Positions 1-13,000 of a stretch of 64,000 nt of DNA are shown piece after piece. Source of the stretch: Camelus ferus (lineage: Eukaryota); the NCBI RefSeq assembly GCF_009834535.1, contig NC_045707.1:3720001-3784000 (forward strand), in the 5' to 3' direction. A program made the position numbers and the translations under genes. Within the stretch, counting starts at the first letter, position 1. Each line of letters begins with the position of its first letter. The notes under the pieces are model-generated. The model saw only the letters and a program-made list of their open reading frames with translations, had not been told where the DNA came from and searched no databases.

Positions 1-239
1 GGCCTAAGGTGGGGGGAATGCCTCCCCAAAGTTTCAGGCCAGGGGAATGTGGGAGATTTGCAAGTCCTTCAGCCAAATAGCGGGAAGCAATTAGGTTGGG
101 AGCAAGAAGAGAGTTCCCGGTGAGCAGCGTGGTGGAGGTGGAAGAAATCATTATTGCGAGGGACTAGTTTGCTGTGGGTGAGGGGTTCAGGGGTTGTCCC
201 AGAGTTCTTTGAGGGGTCCACGGAGAGGGGAGGGAGTGA

Positions 240-1030
240 TCGGGATCGCCGAGGAGAGGGGCGGTGGGGTGTTGGGCCGGCGGGGAGGGGTGGTCCGCGT
301 CTAGGGGCGGAGCCGCCGCTGGGTGGGGCGCCAGCCCGCCGCCCTCTCCCCGCTCCCCGGCGGCGGCGGGCGGGGACCGAGGCCAGCGGGACGCCGGCGC
401 CCGCGGCCGGCCCACAGCGAGGGTAGAGGGCGGCGGTGAGTAGGCGGCGGCCGGCGGGGCCGGGCCACGCGGGCGGCGGCTGCTCGGGCAGGTCCGGGCA
501 GGGCCGGGCGGGCAGCAGGCAGCCGAGCCGGGACCCCGCGCCGGAGCCCAAGCGAGGACACCGAGGCCGCGGCCCCGCCTCCTCCCCGCCCCCCGCCCGC
601 CGCCCGCGGGTCGCGCCCGGAGCTCCGAGAGGCGCCGGGCAGGGAAGCGACAGAGCCACAGCCGCAGCCGGAAACCGGCCCGAGCTGAGCCTGAGGGTGA
701 AACCCGGTCCCGGCGGCGCCCGGAGCCGGACCCGAGCCCGCGCNNNNNNNNNNNNNNNNNNNNNNNNNNNNNNNNNNNNNNNNNNNNNNNNNNNNNNNNN
801 NNNNNNNNNNNNNNNNNNNNNNNNNNNNNNNNNNNNNNNNNNNNNNNNNNNNNNNNNNNNNNNNNNNNNNNNNNNNNNNNNNNNNNNNNNNNNNNNNNNN
901 NNNNNNNCGGGCGGCCGGGGCGCAGGGCGGCGCGGGCTCGAGCTAGGGACCCCCGCCCCCCTTAATGACGCGGAGCCCGGGCGGTGGCTGGCGCCGCCCC
1001 CGGAGACGGAGGCGGCGACCCTCCGGCTGG
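240..1030 (+). promoter_or_regulatory. MICALL1: CpG island / promoter and 5' UTR of MICALL1
   Basis: Very GC- and CpG-dense; GC boxes (e.g. GGGGCGGAG near 303); runs into the N-run where coding exon 1 is expected. Confidence 0.85.
744..907 (+). CDS. MICALL1: MICALL1 exon 1 coding part (masked by 164 N)
   Basis: Inferred: the N-run sits between the GC-rich 5' UTR and intron 1. Exon 2 starts mid-CH domain ([10 protein letters not shown]), so about 146 coding nt must lie here. Confidence 0.7.
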
Positions 1031-4000
1031 CCCCCAACGCCTCGCAGGACACTGAGACCCTCCGACCCAGGGCTTCCCCTCCCCCACTTGGCCTCTCTGA
1101 CCCCGCCCACTGGGACACTGAACCAGCCCCCCGTGCTGGTCCCTCTGCCTTGGCCCTGGCCCCGCCCACAGGGCACTGATTTCCGTCAGAGGAACACAGA
1201 GGCCTTGACTCAAGGGGCACCGAGCCCTTCTCGGGGACTCTGGGCCTTTCTTATACTAAACTCTGAAACAGGCGCATTGAGCAGCCTCCTCCCCGTGAGA
1301 CACTGAGGCCTGTTTCCTCTGTGGGGCCCCCTTGGTCTGAATCCGTCTCTGATTCCCCTATGGGATCTTGTCTCCAGGGCACTAGCACAGGAGGAGACCC
1401 GTGGTTAGCAGAGGTCCGATGAATGGATGTAACCCCCTCCAACTCCATTAGGACCGAGACCTGCCTCCCCAGGTGTGCCCCACAGCCCTGCTGACCACAG
1501 TGGGGCAGGGCTACTTGAGTGAAGACTCCTAGGATCCAACTGACACCCCTAATGGGCTGCTCCAGGGTGTGAAATGGCCTCTTCTTCACCCCAGCTGCCC
1601 AGTGAGGTTCCATGGGAAAATTTATTCAGACCCCAGAGCAGTTGACTTGAGGTTTCTATCTCGACTTTCTCCTTGGGCCCTGGAACCTCTTACATTCATT
1701 CATTCATTCACTCATTCATTCACTCATTCATTCATTCATTCACTCATTCATTCATTCATTCATAAAACACTGAGTTAAGTTTGTCTGGCATCCACAATTC
1801 CTTGTACTTCCTGTCTCATCTGCAAATCGAGGATAAGTGTCACGGTCCTGGCCTGTCTTGCTTACAGTCCCCTGGACAGGGCTCCGTGAGCCTGGCAGAT
1901 TCTGCAGTCTTTGTGTGTCTTTTCCACCTCCAGACCTGCACCCCCCAAGGACAGCACCTGGGAGGCTTTGATGAAGGAGGGAAGAAAGGAAGGCAAGGAT
2001 TCGATGGTGTAGATGCACTTAGTTGCTCTGTACCATGTGGTACAATGTCTGGGGGTGGTGGGGTAGGCCCTAGAGTGGGCCCTGGTGGAGAGGGTTTTGG
2101 CGGATGTGCACACAGAAGCGGATGAGATGAGTTGAAGGTGTAGGTGGGCTGCTGCCTGCTTTGAGGCATGTGACACGAGGTCGGGGGCTCAGGAGCCGGG
2201 GCTTGAAGGATCGAGAAGGGCACCCAAATTGGACCCATGCCTTAGAGCAGAGGGGTCTTCTGCTTTGGCTGGGAGGCAGGCGGTGAGGCAGGGTCAGGGC
2301 CAGTGTGTGAAAGGACTTGGGTGTCAAGCTAAAGCTGCGTGACCGCCCTGAGCCTGCCAGCACAAAGTGCAGGCTGCTTGGTTTGCGGTCAGCTCCTCCA
2401 TGTGCTGAGTGTGCAGCCGTGGGAAAGTCACTGGATACCTCCAGGCAGCAGTTTCCTCATCTGTAAAGTGGGGTTGATAATAAGACCCACGTCACTGGAT
2501 TGTTGTGGGCATAAAATGAGATCGTGAACATTCAATTGACATTAATTATTATAAGTAGTGTTATTAGGCAGTAGGGGAGGATGAAAGTGTCTTATTCCTG
2601 CATTTATTCCCCAAGTGTCTGCAGAGTGGTACTCTGTGCTGGACATTGTACCTGCTAATGAAAATAGCAACCAACCAACCAAGAGACAAACCCCACACAG
2701 TCTCCCACAGCCTCTGGGGGTAACAGAGGTATAAATAGTGCTGATAACTCCATGTGGGAAGTGCTGTATCAGATGGCTAGGCTGGGAAGGCCTCTCAGAC
2801 ATCACATAGTCATAGGAGACAGCAGGAGGCAGGTCAGGGCCGAGGGAAGGGTGTTCTGGGCAGAGGGGACCGCCTGAGTGGTCATAGACATAGGCAGCGC
2901 TATTGGAGTCCATAGTACATGGCAGGGAGGGCCAGATGTGGCTGGGCCAGAGTGCTTAGGATCTCCTGCTGGCTAAGGGGGGTGGATGGGGTCATGGGGA
3001 GTCATGTGGGTTTTAAGCAGGGGAGGGATGTAGCTAGAGTTGGTGTGGAGTGGAGGCCAGCTTCCCTCCTGAAAAGAGATCCAGGATCAGGTCCAGGCAG
3101 GCCAGCATCTGGGCTGCCAGCCCATTGTACAGGAGAAAAACTGAGGCCCAGGTCCTACGTAAGGCATAGAGAGGACCTCAGCAATGGGTAGGGGAGGACC
3201 TCCCTGAAAATAGGGGTGACGTAGGTGTGAGGGTAAGAATCATCTTCGAAAGGGGTTCAGGCCCCTGGAGCTGTGGGCCGGTTCATTCTCCCTCCCCCGT
3301 CCAAGCATCTTTAAGCTCCCTTGAGGTCAGAGACCATGTGGGTTTCATTTTTGTATTCCTCATCTCCCCCAGAGCCAAATAGAACTTCCCAGGCCTTTGA
3401 AGACTCTCAGAAAATATCTGTTCCCGAAGTCCAGATGTTGATTCAGGATGAAGCTAGGGGAGGGGGAAGAAGCTGGAGGAAAAAAATCGAAGTATCTTGG
3501 GGACCTTTACAGTTTTCACATTGTTTCCAGCATTTATTCATTCAGTAAACATTTATGGAGTGCCTACTAAGTACAGGGAACTGTAGGGTGCTGGGTTCAC
3601 AGGGAGAACAAAATGTGACCCCAGCCTTCTAGGAACACTACTGGGGAGACTGAAATAAACTCCCAGACAAGTTGCTTTTGTCTCATTCGTGCTCAGAACA
3701 AGCTTTTGTTGGAGGCTGAGCTGGTTTCACAGTGTCCCAGAGGTTTAGAGAGGTTATGTAGCTTGCTCAGAGTCACACTTCTAGGCAGTGGCAAAGCAAG
3801 GGGAGGAGTCAGGGACCCAGCTAAGGGGAGAAGGAAGCGTCTCGCCAGAGGTGACAACAGGGGCTGAACTCATACACAGTCCCCTCCCCATCTCCCTCCT
3901 CAGTCCACCCAGCCTTGGAGCACCTCCTGGGGTTTGCAAGCTGCCGTTTCCTGCCTTGGTCCAGGGTTCGCTGTACCATGGACTCTGCCTGGTGAAGTTA

Positions 4001-7000
4001 GGGGTCAGGAGGGCAGGAGAGGCTCTTTTGTGTCTGTGAGGCTTGCCTCTACCAAACCCAGACTCGACCAGTCCTCCCCACCAGCCTGGAAGTTGGTACG
4101 AGTGCTTTCCCCAGTTTGCAGATGGGAAAATGAAGGCCGGCAAGGACTGCTGACTGCCCAAGGCCCCACAGCCTCGCCCGGAAGAGCAGAAGTGCCTGGG
4201 ACCCAGACTTTGGAGGCTGGTGCTGCCTGCTCCGGCCTCTGGGCCCACGACTCGGGCAGTCAGGCTGCAGTTTTCAGCCATAGAAGGACAAGGCTTCCAC
4301 TGGGTGCACCCAGGAGGCTGCTGAGCAAGATGGCCGGGCCTCCTCTGCTGGTTTCGCCACTCCAGCAGCCGGAGCGGGGAGGTGGGGAGGGGGATAAATA
4401 AAGCCAGGGTCCCCCAGGAGGCCCTACCACTTCTCACCTGTCCCAGCTTAGAAACTGGGAAACCCTTCACTGCTCCCCCAGGGACAGTGCCCCCAGGAAT
4501 GGCCCAGCAGGGTGGGTCAGCCATTCAGTGCCAGCAGCTCTGGAGAGTATAAGCTTTCTAGTCTAGTTCAGACTTGTTCTATTCCTGGCCCCATTAAAAC
4601 AACATTCCTTTTCAGGCTGGGTTAGGGATTTGGCAAGTTGGTGTGGCTTCTCCAGGTTTGTAATATGCAGTGAAAGGACCAGAAATGTGGATTCCCAGGG
4701 CTAGGTGGCCTCCCCACCACCCGCTGGGCCTCAGTGTCCCTGTCTGTAAAATGGGGTAAATACCTGCCAAGTAGAGTTGAAAATAGAGTAAATTTAAGAC
4801 AGAAGCTCAGCCCAGTGCCCGGCATGGGGTCAGCAATCCATGGATATCCCTGCTACCAGCATTGGTCCTGGTCTTAGTTTTGTCTTTGCCACTGAGTCAG
4901 GACTTGGCTTCCTGGGGATAATCTTAAAGATCAGACTTCAGCTCCGCCCCTTCTGAGTGATTTCCAGCCTCTGCTTGGAGGCCTCCTGAGGCCATGAGCT
5001 CATCCTCTGCCCTACCTGGCAGCCCCGACTCTGTCAGATGTGCTTGTTGCCTCAGTTTCCTCCTGAGTCCACAGAGCCTTCCCCCAGCCCTGCTGAGGCC
5101 CAGGTGGGCTGGGATGAGGTCACCTCCATTGGTCACTCCACACCCCTGCCCCAGCCTTCCTCAGTGCTCCTCCTCCCCTTTGCTTCTTGCAGAGATTTTG
5201 ACTCACTTTCCAAGGACAATGTCTTCGAGAATAACCGTTTGGTAAGTCCCCCAGACAGACAGAAGCCCAGGAGGCTGTGTGTGTTGAGGGTGGGGTGGGA
5301 GGATGGAGATCTTGCAGGCCAGGGCTTGTGGGCCAGCTCCCAGATGAGCTGCCCTGCACTGGGGCCCTGGTTGCTCCTCTCCCTGTCCACCTGCTTCCCT
5401 CTGGCTCACTTGTGTCTGGAGCACAGGCCTTCCCCTTCTCTAGGTCATAGTGTAAGGCCAGAGCTGGGGGGAGCCTACAGTTGCCCCTGCCCTGATCCCC
5501 CTCATCCTACTGAGGGAAGCTGGGTCTAAGTGGAGAGGGGCCCACTGACCCTGCCTCCTCTTCCTCTTCCTGCTGTGGCTGCTTCTGCACACCTCCCAAC
5601 TTTCCCCAACCCCTGCACCTGCTCCCATCCCCACCCCTTACCTGCCTCTGCCCCAGACCTTCCCTCACTCTCATACCTGTTCCTACCCCAGGCCTTTGAA
5701 GTGGCCGAGAAGGAGCTGGGGATCCCTGCCCTCCTGGACCCCAATGACATGGTCTCCATGAGTGTCCCCGACTGCCTCAGTATCATGACCTACGTGTCCC
5801 AGTATTACAACCACTTTGCTAGCCCCGGTCAAGGTGAGAGGGGTGCACCCTCTGGGGAGGCTGGCCTGGGGGTGGGGCTGGGGATATGTCCTATTGTTTT
5901 CTGAGCTACAAACAGGCGCCAGGAGGCAGCCCATCATTCATTCACTATATCATTCATTCACTTGCTGAAATATTTATTGAGTAAAATAACACTGTGCTGG
6001 GCCCTTGGGGTACAGTTTTGACTGAGATCACTGTGCTCCTGGAGCTCACAGCCTTGTCCGGAAGACACAACAAATACGTAACAGCAAATAACATCAGAGG
6101 AGACAGAGCAGGGCAAGGTCATCCGCTGCCTGGGAGTTCACCTCTCTGGCACCCACCCTCACTTCCTGTTTGCAGACACTTCCCTGGAGTTTTTCCTCTG
6201 GTGGGGAAGTGATCCTGTAGGGCTGTTGTGCACTGTGTTCCCAACAGTGACCTTCAAGACCTGAGAACACAGAGGAAATGGGTTCAGAGAGGGGAATCTA
6301 GGAGCTCAAGATCACACAGCAGGAAAACATAATCTGAATCCAGATGTCCTGACTCCTGCGCTGTGTCACTGCTGTCACAGGTTGTGTGGGTGGTGGGCAC
6401 CTTGCCCGTCCCCTGTCCCATGTCAGTCCTTTCTCCTGCCTCTGCTCTCTGTGCAGGACAGTCTCAGCCCATCTCTTTAAAAAAGTATTCTTTGAAATCA
6501 GGATTGTTATTTTCTTACTAAAACATGCTTACTGTAGAAAATTTGGAACATAGAAAAAGCATAAAAACTTCAAAATTAAAATAATCTACTCCCTCCCCCA
6601 GATAATACTAGGGATTAATGTTATAACAACCAATAACATGATGTGTATTTTACCAAAAGTCAAGATAAAAGTATTTCTCCACTGCCAAGTCTTTGGTGAG
6701 AGGCAGTGTGGACTCAGCATTTTGGCTCTGCCCTTTGCTGTCTGGGTGAGAGTGGGCCACATGGTCACCTCTTGTCCTGGTGAGAGCAACAGTGCCCACC
6801 TCACAGGGTTGATGGGAGTAAATGAGGAAATGTGAACCTGTGTCTGGCCCTAATTTAAGACTCAAGGTTACCATTATTATTACTTTTTTTAAAGCCCCCT
6901 TTTTGAGGGGAGGGAGGTAATTAGGTTTATTTATTTATTTAAATGGAGGTGCTGGGGATTGAACCCAGGACCTTGTGCATGCTAAGCATGTGCTCTACAA

Positions 7001-10000
7001 CTAAGCCATACCCTCCCCGCATTATTACTTTTTTATTCCATTGGTTAGAGTTTTAGCTTGCTCACCTAGAATCACAATTCAGTCTTACCTTCTGGAAGGT
7101 TCCATGTTGCCAAACTCCAGTCTTTCTTTACTAAGCTCTTCTCTGGAAGGCCACTTTCCGGGGACCTGCCAGGTGGGTAGGTCAGGGAAGACCCTCAGTA
7201 ATACTGTTGGTGGTGCCCGCTCCGTTTCTGGGTCCTCACTGAACACCCTGGGGGTGCAGGTGCCCTGGTGGCCCAGTTCCCTGCACTGTGCCCTGAGAGC
7301 ACCCCCCGGGCCTACGGGGAATTCTTGTTCCTAAAGGCACAGTTTGTGTTTTTTGTACAACTTGGCCCCTAAATACAAACCATTTTTATCCCACCTGCTG
7401 CTCAACCAGAGGAGACAGCGTGGTGTTCCAACGCTGGAGGCAAAGCTGGCTGTTAGACGCCTCCAGATGGTCCTGTTCTGTATTTTCTGGGCCCACTTAG
7501 CCTGGCAGGAAGGAAGCTGCCCGTCCGTTCACATACTGGGCACTGCTGGTTCTGGGACTGGGCTGGTGCCTTGCTGTTCACACTGCCCTGTGTGGTGGGG
7601 GCCTCTGTCCCACTTTGCGGAGGCTCAGAGAGGTTAGGTGGCTTGCCCTTGGCGCTGAGCTCAGAGGTGGAGGCGTCCCCTGGCCTGTGTGAAGTGGGAG
7701 CCTGTTCCCACTGCATCGGGGGGCCTGCCCACAAGTGGTGGCAGTGGAGCTCAAATCTCAGGCCAGGTTGGGCCTCCTGGGACTCCAGGGCTTCCAGATG
7801 CCTGAGTCTCTTTCCTGTCTTTTGGTAGCTGGTGTCTCACCCGCTAGAAAGGGCCTGGCATCGTCCTCCCCACCATCTGAAGGGCCCACCCCGACGGAAC
7901 CAGGAGACAGGGCTCAGGTAGGCAGAGGCTGGGGGTGGGAGGGCGAGGTGGGGGTATGACTGCCATAGCAGTATCAGAGGACATTCTCGGCCCCTTCCCA
8001 CTGGCTTCAGAAGCAGAGTCTCAGAGGCCAGGGCAGGGGCAGGGGATCGCAGGCCTGGGAAGGGGCACAGAGCATCCATGGACTGACTTTCCCTCAAGGG
8101 ACTGACAGGACTTAAATGTACAACACAGCAGACACTCCCCTTGAGGGCCTGTGAGAAAGAGCTTTTAACTTCCTGGTGTGATTCTGTTTAATCCTCTCAA
8201 CAACACTGGGAGGTTGGTATTATGTGTCCTGATGTACAAATGAGGAAACTGCGGCTCAGAGAGGTTTGTTCATTTGTCCAAAGTCTCTTAGCTGGGAGGT
8301 AGAGGCCACACTGTCAGTCTCCTGCTCCAAGATGCTTAGGGGGTGACACCAGCCTTTCACATCTGGACTGCACTTCACTGTGTTTCAAGGGCTTTCCCCA
8401 GCTGCTCCCATCTGCTCCTATCTGCTCCTTGCTGGCGGAGCTCTTCAGGGACAGGGAGCTGGCCCAGGGTGGGAGCCCAGTGAGGGTGTGCAGGACTGAG
8501 ACAGGCAGGGGTAGGGTTCTGTTTGGCAGGTGGGAACCCAAAGCCTAGAGTTGAAAGCAACTCGCTCAAGGTCACGGTGCTTAGAAGCTGAGAAGCTGGG
8601 ATTTAAATCTCCTTGGCTCTAGTTGGGGAAACGGAGAAGGCAGACAAGGTGGGCCTAAGAGGACAGTCAACTGTCAGGGAAAGCCCACCTACCGGGTTGG
8701 AGAGGGGCAGGAGCAGCTCACGGGAAGGGATTCTACATCCAGGAGCTGCCTTTCTGGCAGGGAAGTCCCCAGAAACTGGAAGTCAGGATTTTTATGTTTC
8801 CACTCTGACTCAGTGACCTTGAACAAGTCTTTCCCCCTTTCTGGGCTTCAGTTACCTCATCTACAAAACAGTGATAGCCTCCCACCCTCTGCCCCTCCGG
8901 GACTCTGATGGAGTCAGTCAGCACTGTGCACCCTTGAGGGGACGGCCCCCATTAGAGTGGGGAACCAGGGGAGTGTTCTGGGACAGGATGGTTGGTGACC
9001 CTGCCCTGCCCCCAGTCTGCCCACGTCCTTCTCTGCAGGGCGAGGAGCGCTCCTCGGGCAGCCTGTCGGAGCAAGGCTGCCTGTCGGACGCCCAGCAGCA
9101 CGTGCGCGGCCTGCCAGCAGCATGTGCACCTGGTGCAGCGCTACCTGGCTGACGGCAAGCTGTACCACCGGCACTGCTTCCGGTGAGTGGCTGGGGAGCC
9201 TGGGAGCGGGGAGCATCCATGGATTCAGCACCACGTGTGCCCGACCTCTTGCCAGGCTCTTCATGCCGAAGCATCTTGCTTATCCCCATTTTCCTGATGA
9301 ACAGACTAAGGCTGAGTGAGAGGAGAAGTCCTGCTAGTCACATAATGAGAGAAATGGGGCCAGAGCTCTTTGAGACTAAGTACCTAATGGTGCTGAAGGA
9401 GCAGAATGTGCTTTAAAAACAATTGGAGAAAGAAAAGATTAAAAAAAAAATCTCAGTAATAACTTGCTTTCAGTGTGTGGCCCCCAGGGGAAGCCAGGTT
9501 TAAAACAAATGGAGTAAGAGGCAGGGAAAATATAAGTAGCTTATTAGAGAATGTATGAAACATTTTACGTGTGATTAAAAACAACATCAGCAAAGCAATT
9601 GAATACTCGAGGGAAACCGGTGACTGAGAGTTACAGCGAGTATTCAGTTGTGGTTTAGTTGTGGGTGCGTGTGTGTGTGTGTGTGTGTAGTGGCTGGACC
9701 TGGAAACCCAGGGACCTGACTGCAGAACTGAGGTGTCAGGGGGGAAAATTCTTGAGAAAGGGAACCATTGCATCAACCCAGTCACGTCTGGCCACAGGGC
9801 AACGTTTTAGAAACTTTTTATGGTGACCCCCCCCAGTAAGAAATGTTTGACAGTGTGACCAGCTGTGCTTGCATCCCTGAAATGAAACTTGTGTAAATAG
9901 ATGTACAACTGGAATTAGAGTTTCAGAAAACAAGTGTGAGACACTCTGATGTATTTATTTTATTCTATTTCAGTAAAAAACAAAACAAAAAACCTGGTTG

Positions 10001-13000
10001 GTTGAAAACCACTAAACTGATTTCCTGAGCCACTAATGAGTGGCGGCCCGCACAGTGGAGGGAACCTCCAGGTTCGGGGGGAAGCCTTTGCTTCCTCTTG
10101 CAGCAGAAACTGAAGTCGTGTTTCACAATTTGTGTTGCTGACTTCCCGGGGTTTTATTGTTCTATGATTCTGACATTTACTGTTTTCCTTTTCCGATGGG
10201 AAGTCCTGGGCACTGAGACAGGGTCCAGGCTGAAGGTTGGGAGTAGGGGAGGGAGAGCCTTGGCTGTGGCAGGAGGGGTATCCAGCACCCTGGACTGGGT
10301 TGCCTGGTTAAGTTGACCTCCCCACCCCACCCCTTTCTCCTTGGCAGGTGTCGACGGTGCTCCAGCACCCTGCTCCCTGGAGCGTACAAGAATGGGCCAG
10401 AGGAGGGCACCTTTGTGTGTGCAGAGCACTGCGCTAGGCTGGGCCCAGGTGGGCGGTCGGTGGTCAGGCCCGGACCCCCCCAACAGCCAAAGCAGCAGCA
10501 TCTTCCAGAAGAAGCCAAGGATGTGGAGGGAGGCGGCCCCGGCCCTAGTGTGGCTGCAGGGGCTGAGGTGGACCTGCCCAAGGCCAGCCCTGAAACCCGG
10601 CCCCAGATCCCCACCAAGCCTCGTGTTCCTGGCAAACCACAAGAGCTGGCCAACCCCCCGGCCAGCCGCCCCACACCTGCTCCCAGGAAGGCCTCCGAGA
10701 GCACAGCCCCGACGCCCCCTACGCCCCGGCCCCGGTCAAGTCTGCAGCATGAGAACCTGGTGGAGCAGGGAGGCAGCGGCGGCCTGGTGAACGGTGAGCC
10801 ACAGTCCAGCTGGGGCTGGGAGCTCGTGGAGTGTGTCTGGCATTTAATCTTGCGTGTGCACTGCTGGTATTCGTGGGGTCACACCATCTGTTTGTGCTTA
10901 TGTGTGCTGTGTATGTGCAGGGGATGACTGTGGTGCTGAGGTTATGAATTGGTGCAGCAAATAGTTACTGAGTCCTCTTTGTGCATGCCCTGTTCTCCAT
11001 GCTGGGGGCACACGGACCCCAGCTCTGGACCGCCCCGTTTTGTGTGTGCTGGGGTGTTTGTGTTTTTTGTGTTTGTCTTGTATGCTTCAGTTTTGGGGTG
11101 TGTAGTGGGTGCATGCTGTGTGTGCCTGTGTCCCGAGTGAGTGTCTCTGGGACTTGGTGTGTCCACACTCAGGTGACCTCCCCTCCCTCACCCAGCTCAT
11201 GTGCTTGTCCATGTGTGGATGTCAGGCAAGGAAAAGTCGGGGCAGGGGACAGGGGAGGGTGTGTCCCTGGTCAGATGGGCCCCTGGGGCGCTCTCCAGGC
11301 TAGCCTGAACTGCAGCGAAGACCCTGCCCCGCCTCCTCATTGCAAGACCTTCCCATATGACCTCCCTGGGCTTCCATGAGCTCATGGAAGCGAGGTTCCT
11401 TGTCACCTGAGATGGGCCGGGCAGCTCTTATCCGTGGGGACCTGGGGGAGGGAGACTCCCAGGGTCTACCTCTGGGATTTTTCAGTTCTGTTCAGTTCAG
11501 TTCTCATGGAGGCCCTGTTCCTGAGCTGCGCGCTGGGGATGGAGATACCGTTCAGACCTCTTTGTGCCTTTGAGGTGCTGCCAGCCTCGAGGGAGAGACA
11601 GATGCGGGCACAGGGATTTCAGTAGAATGTAGAAGTCTGTTAAGAAGGGGGAAGCAGAGACTATTGTGGGATTCACAGAGGATACTTGGGAGGCCGAGGC
11701 TTCCAGGAGGATGTGACACTGGGGTTGAGTTGAGACGGTATTTCCTGTCCACTGTGGGGAAGTGTTAGAGGGCACCTGGGTTCCCCCTTCTTAACTGAAA
11801 TTCAGATGGGTCTCCAGGTGTCCTGGCCTTTCCCCTTTGACCTTCTCTACCTTTCACCTTCGGTGCTTATCTCGTCTCCCTGAGGCCTGGGCCGAGGAGG
11901 TATGAGGGTCCAGGTGAGGTTGCCATGGCCCCGTGGAGTCCAGGGCCCACCAGGTGTGAAGATAGGGCACTCCTTGGTGAGGCCGGCACTTTGGCCTGCT
12001 CCGGGTGCCCTACTCTGCTGCTCATGAAGGCCTGTCTCACTCTCGTTTCCCATCTAGGGAGGCTGCATGAACCCCCCGTCCCCAAGCCCAGAGGGACGCC
12101 CAAGCTGTCAGAGAGGTATGCTGGCCCCTGAGGGGCTTTCAGGGCCCTGTTTGGGGCCTGGATGGGTAACAAGGCCCTGTGACCCACCAGCACAGCCTCT
12201 CAAGAATGGGCAGAGCTCACCCGCACCCCCCAGCAGGAGCCTGTGCCTGTATCCCCTTTCCCTGTGGCTCCTCTGGGGTCCCCTTTCCTGTGGGCAGCAG
12301 TGCCTGTTAGAGATGGCTGCCTCTGGGGTCCCTTCACCTCTCCAAGCCTCTGCTGCCTCTGTAATGTGGGGGGCCTAGGCCTCGCTGCCAGAGGTGTGAG
12401 AATCAGCAGCAGAGTACAGAAAGACCCAGAAAAGCACAGCTGTGCACCTGGCTCAGCTCCTCCACCCCCGGGACCTTGCGTCACAGGCGAGGACATCTCT
12501 TCCCAGCTGTTCTTTGGGAGCCGTGCTTCCCCTGTATGGTCCATGAGAGAGGGGGGCAGAGATGGAGAGACAGACAGAAAGAGAGAGGATCCCCAGGTCT
12601 CTTCAGCTTTGGTACCAGACTGGCCCCATGGGGCTGGGGTGGGAGAGAAGGGCACGGTGTCTCGTCCACCCCGTTTGAGGACTCAGGACTGTCCTGTGGA
12701 GAGGATGCGGCTGTCCTTGCCTCCTAATGATTTCTGCCTCTTCCTGCCTCCGTCCAGGTCGCCAGCCCCCAGGAAGGACCCCCCGTGGATCACGCTGGTG
12801 CAGGCAGAGCCAAAGAAGAAGCCAGCTCCCCCACCCCCGAGCAGCAGTCCTGGGCCGCCGCCAGGCCGGGACAGCAGGCAGGTGGAGAACGGAGGTGTGG
12901 ACGAGGTGGCCACACGGGGCTCAGAGGCGGCTGGCCCTGGAGCCCAAACCCTACAACCCCTTTGAGGAGGAGGAGGAAGAGCCCTCAGCTGCACCCAGTG

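Noticed and set aside
69-1220. 383-aa minus-strand ORF and other overlapping ORFs over the MICALL1 CpG island
   Set aside because: Low-complexity Pro/Arg/Gly/Ala translation of GC-rich, stop-poor DNA, artificially extended through Ns; no protein signature.
10820-11220. TG-rich stretch in MICALL1 intron 6
   Set aside because: Degenerate low-complexity sequence with no discrete unit or structure.
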